Part shown: piece after piece, positions 57,095 to 64,000 of the stretch | Numbering within the stretch: position 1 is the stretch's first letter | Layout: every line of letters begins with the position of its first letter | Assembly (NCBI GenBank): GCA_002269645.1 | Contig: NIVC01000106.1 | Location: 62,001-126,000, forward strand | Direction: 5' to 3' | DNA length: 64,000 nt | DNA from: Macrostomum lignano | Lineage: Eukaryota | Position numbers and translations under genes: made by a program | Notes under the pieces: model-generated | Seen by the model: the letters and a program-made list of their open reading frames with translations, nothing else | Databases searched by the model: none | Told to the model about the DNA's origin: nothing

Positions 57095-57990
57095 ACCCAA
57101 ATGTCTCAAAACCCGAATATCCCCGAGACCCAAATTTTCCTAAACCGAATTTCCCCGAAACCCGGTTATCCCCAAAACCCGAATATCCCCAAAACCCGGT
57201 TATCCCCAAAACCCGAATATCCCCAAAACCCGGTTATCCCCAAAACCCGAATATCCCCAAAACCCGGTTATCCCCAAAACCCGAATATCCCCAAAACCCG
57301 GTTATCCCCAAAACCCGAATATCCCCAAAACCCGGTTATCCCCAAAACCCGAATATCCCCAAAACCCGAATTTTCTTATACACGAATTTCCGAGAAATCG
57401 AATTTCCCTAAAATCCGAATTTCCCCGAAACACAAGTTTCCCCAAAGCACGAATTTCCCGAAACCCAAATTTCCCCAAAACCCGAATTTCCCCGAAACAC
57501 GAATTTCCCGAAACCCAAATTTCCCCAAAATCCGAATTTCCCCGAAACACAAGTTTCCCCAAAGCACGAATTTCCCGAAACCCAAATTTCCCCAAAACCC
57601 GAATTTCCCCGAAACACGAATTTCCCGAAACCCAAATTTCCCCAAAATCCGAATTTCCCCGAAACACAAGTTTCCCCAAAGCACGAATTTCCCGAAACCC
57701 AAATTTCCCCAAAACCCGAATTTCCCCGAAACACGAATTTCCCGAAACCCAAATTTCCCCAAAATCCGAATTTCCCCGAAACACAAGTTTTCCCAAAACA
57801 CGAACTTCCCGAAACCCGAATATCTAAAAAACCCGAATTTCCTTGAAACCCGAACTTTCCCGAAACCCGAATTTCCCCGAAACCCGAACTTCCCGAAACC
57901 CGAATTCCCCCGAAACCCGAACTTTCCCGAAACCCGAATTTCCCCGAAACCCAAATTTCCCGAATCCGAATTTCCCCGAAACCCGAATTG
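57095..57990. repeat. ~17-bp minisatellite (CCCGAATTTCCCCGAAA type) with 34-bp and 117-bp higher-order units
   Basis: Alternating GAATAT/GGTTAT monomers (34-bp dimer) at ~57170-57370, then a 117-bp block repeated about three times (the 39-aa repeat in the ORF track). Confidence 0.9.
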
Positions 57991-58473
57991 ATCCACCGGA
58001 AATGAAATAAACACAAGGAGACCAAACATAAATAGAATGCTGTTGCTGGACAGACATGCCCAATGCAGTTTCCAGCCTGACGAGCAAAGTTTATATTTAA
58101 ACAATTTTTACAACTTCCAGTCCGATAAAATTTCACCTTCGATTTTTAGCTTGAAGGCCATAAATAATCATTTTAAAAGTCGAATTTCGATATTTTGTCG
58201 CTCTCTTCCCGTTCGTTCATAGAAGGCCAGCCTTGTGTGGAAATGCTTGACAATCAAGTGGATTGGATTGGATCTGCGTCACCACCACCCCATTCCGCCA
58301 GCCAATAGGAAGCCAGCAGTCCTGGGGGGGTTGGCGGTGGAGGGACGAACCCCCACCCAGCTCTGGTTGATCTATTATTGCTTAAAATCGCAATTAAAAT
58401 CGCAATCGCAAATCTCGTTTGGCGTCGCAACTTCTAGCGAGTTTCACAAAAAAATTAATTGTTATCATTAAAA

Positions 58474-58696
58474 ATGGATCCTTTCGTAGCTTTTCCGCCA
58501 GCCTACCTGGGTCAGCAGCATCAGCCGCATCAGCCAGATCCCGCCGCCATGGCCAGCTATTATCGAGCTCTGATGGCTGGTGAGCTGACCAGCGTCACCT
58601 CCGGGATGGAAAGTCCGCCAAAACCGCCCTATTCTTACATTGCTCTAATTGCCATGGCAATTAAAAGCGCTCCGGACAGGAAGATCACCTTGAATG
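58474..58696 (+). CDS. FOXL1: Forkhead box L1-like transcription factor, exon 1 of 2
   Basis: MDPF...[26 protein letters not shown], donor GTGAGT at 58697 (phase 1). CDS = join(58474..58696,61462..62456), 1218 nt, 405 aa. Confidence 0.9.
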
Positions 58697-58714
58697 GTGA
58701 GTAGTGATGGGTAT

Positions 58715-59910
58715 TCACGCTGTTTAAGTTTGGGATTCACGTCTGTTTGAATTTGGGATTCACGCTGTTTGAGTTTAGGATTCACGTCTGTTTGAGTTTA
58801 GGATTCACGCTTTTTGAGTTTAGGATTCACGCTGTTTGAGTTTAAGATTCACGCTGTTTGAGTTTAAGATTCACGCTGTTTGAGTTTGGGATTCACGCTG
58901 TTTGAGTTTGGGATTCACGCTGTTTGAGTTTGGGATTCGCGCTGTTTGAGTTTAAGATTAACGCTGTTTGAGTTTGGGATTCGCGCTGTTTGAGTTTAAG
59001 ATTAACGCTGTTTGAGTTTGGGATTCACGCTGTTTGAGTTTAGGATTCACGTCTGTTTGAGTTTAAGATTAACGCTGTTTGAGTTTGGGATTCGCGTCTG
59101 TTTGAGTTTGGGATTCACGTTGTTTGAGTTTGGGATTCACGCTGTTCGAGTTTAGGATTCACGTCTGTTTGAGTTTGGGATTCACGCTTTTTGAGCATAG
59201 GATTCACGCTGTTTGAGCATAGGATTCACGCTCTTTGAGTTTTGGATTCACGCTGTTTGAGTTTTGGATTCACGCTGTTTGAGTATAGGATTCACGCTGT
59301 TTGAGTTTGGGATTCACGCTTTTTGAGTTTGGGATTCACGCTGTTTGAGTTTGGGATTCACGCTGTTTGAGTTTTGGATTCACGCTGTTTGAGTTTAGGA
59401 TTAACGTCTGTTTGAGTTTAGGATTAACGTCTGTTTGAGTTTAGGATTCGCGCTGTTTGAGTTTAAGATTAACGCTGTTTGAGTTTTGGATTCACGCTGT
59501 TTGAGTTTGGGATTCACGCTTTTTGAGTATAGGATTCACGCTGTTTGAGTTTGGGATTCACGCTGTTTGAGTTTGGGATTCACGTCTGTTTGAGTTTGGG
59601 ATTCACGCTGTTTGAGTTTGGGATTCACGTCTGTTTGAGTTTAGGATTCACGTCTGTTTGAGTTTGGGATTCACGCTGTTTGAGTTTGGGATTCACGCTG
59701 TTTGAGTTTAGGATTCACGCTGTTTGAGATTAGGATTCACGCTGTTTGAGTTTAGGATTCACGCTGTTTGAGTTTCGGATTCACGCTGTTTGAGTTTAGG
59801 ATTCACGCTGTTTGAGTTTGGGATTCACGCTGTTTGAGTTTGGGATTCACGCTGTTTGAGTTTAGGATTCACGCTGTTTGAGTTTTGGATTCACGTCTGT
59901 TGAGTTTAGG
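58715..59910. repeat. Minisatellite, ~22-bp unit GGATTCACGCTGTTTGAGTTT(G/A) (Fox intron)
   Basis: Starts ~15 bp after the splice donor. Confidence 0.95.
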
Positions 59911-60839
59911 ATTAACATTGCTAATTGATGGTATTCACAATGTTGGTAAAATTCACATTTAATATTCACACTAATAAGAAAACGATCAAACTACCTTTTC
60001 CCCCATTCACGTTGGTAACTAATGCGTTCACACTTTCTATTTTAATTTTGTTCACGCTGTTTCACCGGCAAAATTCAGTTTAGGGAATTATAGCGCCGGA
60101 AACTCCTCAAGGCGTTTTGCATTTTTAGTCCCGGATACGAAAATCCTGACTTGCTGATCTTGAAAATCGGGATGTGGCATTCCGCACTGCCAGAGGGTGT
60201 TTGAGGAAGATAGAATTCAGGCTATGGGGGCTTCATACAGTTTAGATTGACATGTTTGACTGACTAATTGAAAATAACGAACGAATCTGGTAGGGGTAGG
60301 GGGAGGGGATTTATCGGACTGTCAACATGTAATATGGGAAGATTTGCGGCATGCAGGAGGCTGCATGGGTGATGGGATAACCATTTGGCCTCAGGGTTAG
60401 TTTTGCCGGCGTTCGTTGATATATTTAACAGGGATTATCCCGGCTTGGGGATTTAGATTATGGAATCGAGATTCTTGTTTATACCAACGCATAATCCCAT
60501 ATCAGGTGGATCCCTACAGACCGCGGGCTTTGGAGGGGGGTTGCCAGGCCACTTGACAACCTGCAGGGGGATTTGCAATTCCTCAATGGACTTGTGCCCC
60601 CCACATTGGGCAGTTCAAGTGTCACTGTGTAGTCTTAATGCATGCAGATGTGTGCAGATAGAACCGAATGACTGGATTCAAACACGGCTGGGTTATTTTT
60701 GTGTTTCCTTATGGGATATTTCATCCACTTGATTCCTGATGCAGTCGCTGCGGGAGTAAACTTTTAATTAAAATTCAAGACTTCGTTTTGAAATTTAGTT
60801 TGGCAAACACGACACACGCATTATGGGCGTCCTCGCCTA

Positions 60840-61340
60840 CTGACACCTGGAGTTGGCGCCCCCCTCACAACTGACACCTGGAATTGGCGCCCCTGTCCAA
60901 ACTGACATCTGAAATTGGCGCCCCCTCACAACTGACACTTGGAATTTGCGCCCCCTTGGACACCTGGAATCGGCGCCGCCATCTACTGACACCTGAAATT
61001 GGCGCCCCCATCTATCGACACTTGGAATTGGCGCTCCCCTCACAACTGACACCTGGAATTGACCCCCTATCCAAACTGACATCTGGAATTAGCGCCCCCC
61101 TCACAACTGACACCTAGAATTGGCGCCCCATCTATTGACATCTGTAATTGGCGCCCCCATCTACTGACACCTGAAATTGGCGCTCCCTTCCCAACTGATA
61201 CCTGAAACTGGCGCCCCTATCCAAACTGGCACCTGGAACTGGCGCCCCTATCCAAACTGACACCTGGAATAGGCGCCCCTATCCAAACTGACACCTGGAA
61301 TAGGCGCCCCTATCCAAACTGACACCTGGAATTGGCGCCT
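60840..61340. repeat. Minisatellite, ~30-bp unit ACTGACACCTGGAATTGGCGCCCC+ (Fox intron)
   Basis: Read directly. Confidence 0.88.
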
Positions 61341-61461
61341 TTTGACAATCGAAGTGTCTGAAGCGCCTGAGGATGAGGAGCATATGAAAAAGTCAGGCCC
61401 ATAAAATTGTTCAAAAGAAACTCAACACCACAAAAATCCGTCACACCGCCTTCATGCGCAG

Positions 61462-62456
61462 GGATCTACCAGTTCATCATGGACCACTTCCCCTACTACC
61501 ACGAGAACAAGCAGGGCTGGCAGAACTCCATCCGGCACAACCTGTCACTCAACGAATGCTTCGTCAAAGTCCAGCGCGACAAAGGCCGCCCGGGCAAGGG
61601 CAACTTCTGGACGCTGGCCGAGAACTGCGAGGAGATGTTCGAGAACGGCAACTACAGACGGCGGAAGAGGCGCCAGAAACCGGCCGAGTCTGCGGGATCG
61701 ACAGCCGATGCTGAAGCTGCCGGTCAACAGTTTGATGAAGATGGGACTGGATCCTCAGCTGCCGAGATGCAGAAGCGGCCGCGACTGTTTGCAGCCGCCA
61801 CCGCAAGCATGTCAGCGGCGACAACCGCTCGAAGCAGCTTCCGTATTGACGATCTGATGTCTTCTGGGAGTCCCAGAGCCTCGGCTGATCCCTACCAGCA
61901 CCCCTACCAGCACCCCTACCAGCATCAGTGCCGGCCTTCTCGAGACGACTTCCCCGCATGCACACCGGATGCCGGCAGCAGCAGCCGCTCAGCGAAGCAG
62001 AAAGTCTTCGACAACATCCCCAACCCGCCAACCCGGCCGGGAACAATGCCTGCTTCTTCTGCAACAACTTCGGCTGCTGCTTCTGCTTCTGGTGTCCTGT
62101 TTGCTGCTGGCGGAGCTTCAATGCCGCTGCCGCCTCCGCCGCCTCCGCCGCCGCCGCCTCCGCCACCACCGTCGCTGCCTCTGGACTTCAGCGGTCTGTA
62201 CAGTCAGTATGCCGCTCTGGCGCTCCTGGCCAATCAGCTGAGAGCAACTTCGACTTTGCCTCCGCTGCCGGGGCTGCCGCCGCTGCCTCCGCTGGCGTCG
62301 CAGCTTCAACAGCAGCTGCATCAGATACAGCAGCAGCAGCAGCAGCAGCTACAGTACACAGAAGCCATCACCGTGACAACAGCAACTGCCATTGATGCAA
62401 CCAATTCAACAACTTCATCGCCATCGGAGTCGCCTAATTCAACCAAGACGAGATGA
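61462..62456 (+). CDS. FOXL1: Forkhead box L1-like transcription factor, exon 2 of 2
   Basis: [51 protein letters not shown]...[13 protein letters not shown] closely matches the FoxL1 forkhead ([29 protein letters not shown]). Acceptor GCGCAG. Subfamily assigned by motif recall, not by phylogeny. Confidence 0.88.
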
Positions 62457-62604
62457 AACTGTAAAAACAAGAAATTTAATTGAATTTGCTGGCGTAATTG
62501 ATTGCAAAATATTTCTGTTTTATCTGCAAATTTGTTTGTTATTTACTTCAAAATAATGATAGCTATAGAGTAGATTCTGGGTGACAGTGGGACAGAAAGT
62601 CCAC

Positions 62605-63160
62605 GGAAAGTAGGGGCGGAAAGTAGGGATGGAAAGTAGGGGCGGAAAGTAGGGGCGGAAAGTAGGGGCGGAAAGTAGGGGCGGAAAGTAGGGGCGGAAA
62701 GTAGGGGCGGAAAGTAGGGGCGGAAAGTAGGGGCGGAAAATAGGAATGGAAAGTAGGGGCGGAAAGTAGGGGCGGAAAATAGGGGCGGAAATTAGGGGCG
62801 GAAAGTAGGGGCGGAAAGTAGGGGCGGAAAGTAGGGGCGGAAAGTAGGGGCGGAAAGTAGGGGTGGAAAGTAGGGGCGGAAAGTAGGGGCGGAAAATAGG
62901 GGCGGAAATTAGGGGCGGAAAGTAGGGGCGGAAAGTAGGGGCGGAAAGTAGGGGTGGAAAGTAGGGGCGGAAATTAGGGACGGAAAGTAGGGGCGGAAAG
63001 TAGGGGCGAAAAGTAGGGGCGGAAAGTAGGGGCGAAAAGTATGGTGACAGAGGGGCGGAAATAGGGGTGGATTTTTGACAAGGGGTGGGAAATAGTGACA
63101 GAGATGGCAAGGTGACAGTGGGAGTCGGAATAGGGGCGGAAATAGGGGCGGAAACAGGGG
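62605..63160. repeat. G-rich minisatellite, 13-bp unit GTAGGGGCGGAAA
   Basis: Read directly, ~150 bp downstream of the Fox stop codon. Confidence 0.92.
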
Positions 63161-63919
63161 GCGGATACCTAATTATAGTGACTATAACAGTCACAGTGAG
63201 TGCAGACTGCAACTACAAGCAATTACTAAAAATATGATAGTTGTAGATCTTCATAGCATCAGCTCCCACTGTTTACACTTGCACTAAGGTTTCTTTTTCT
63301 GTCTGCAATTGCAAAGCAACTGTTGCTAGCGTTGTTGACTTTACTTTTACTTAATTTTCTGTTCTGTACACTCATGCCTTCTACTGCCTATAGTTGTTAG
63401 TTGGTGTTGCCCTGCATTCGTGTTGATATACCAGGGTACTATATAATCTATAGTATAGTTTTAGCAACACAGCTTATTTATAAGAAGTTTCTTTTTTAAA
63501 CAAAAATTTGTCACCCATGTCGCTTATGCCTATAATTGCACCTTGACTTCCTTCCGTCTGTCGAGCTACTGCTTCTACCTAATCATAATCATATTCGAAT
63601 TATAACATAAGACCTTTATTCGAACCCAATTGTCGAAGTTGAAGTCTGCTTATTTCCATCATCAAGTGCTGGCCCTAGTGCAGCTTCTATTAATTATATT
63701 GACTCTATTTAAGTTGAGCTTAGTCTGACAAAAATAATCTCAATTCACTGAACTGTTTATACCAAATATGATACATTCTAACACTAATATTTAGATTTGC
63801 CAATTTCAATTTTGGTCGCACTTCATTGGAACTGTGCGAAATTTCAGCATGTTTTGACTTTGTTTGACTAAAGTGCATTGGTGCGAACGCATCTAGATGC
63901 AGTAAAGTATCCAGATGCG

Positions 63920-64000
63920 CCCTCCGTTCACACAGAATTCCATCTGTTCACACAGAATCTTATCTGTTAACACAAAATCCCATCTGTTCACACAGAATCT
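63920..64000. repeat. Start of a ~21-bp tandem repeat CATCTGTTCACACAGAATC, truncated by the window edge
   Basis: Three to four copies visible. Confidence 0.7.

Overview
This is eukaryotic, intron-containing animal DNA, not a prokaryotic window. The GC-rich Ala/Gln/Pro-rich exons in a dense field of 11-34 bp minisatellites resemble a free-living flatworm such as Macrostomum; that assignment is inference only. Four spliced genes could be assembled exon by exon with GT-AG junctions and consistent phases: prospero/PROX (minus, 5 coding exons, 838 aa), OTUB1 (minus, 2 exons, 271 aa), MYLIP/IDOL FERM-RING E3 ligase (minus, 5 exons, 526 aa) and a FoxL1-like forkhead gene (plus, 2 exons, 405 aa). Mobile DNA comprises an internally deleted 1.5 kb Gypsy-type LTR element with a 4-bp TSD, a 5'-truncated APE-RT-RNaseH LINE with a 13-bp TSD whose ORF2 has a single homopolymer frameshift, a probable SINE tail and a possible LTR+PBS remnant. 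About 30 tandem arrays account for most of the long ORFs in the supplied track, and those ORFs are artefacts. The most unusual signal is a sharply bounded ~4.5 kb block (31.3-35.9 kb) with only 5 CpGs by hand count, an excess of CTAG, and internal duplicates that differ mostly by C>T/G>A changes. It contains a DEG/ENaC ion-channel pseudogene, while neighbouring genes and transposons keep their CpGs. This resembles a local methylation/deamination (RIP/MIP-like) inactivation of a duplicated host gene.
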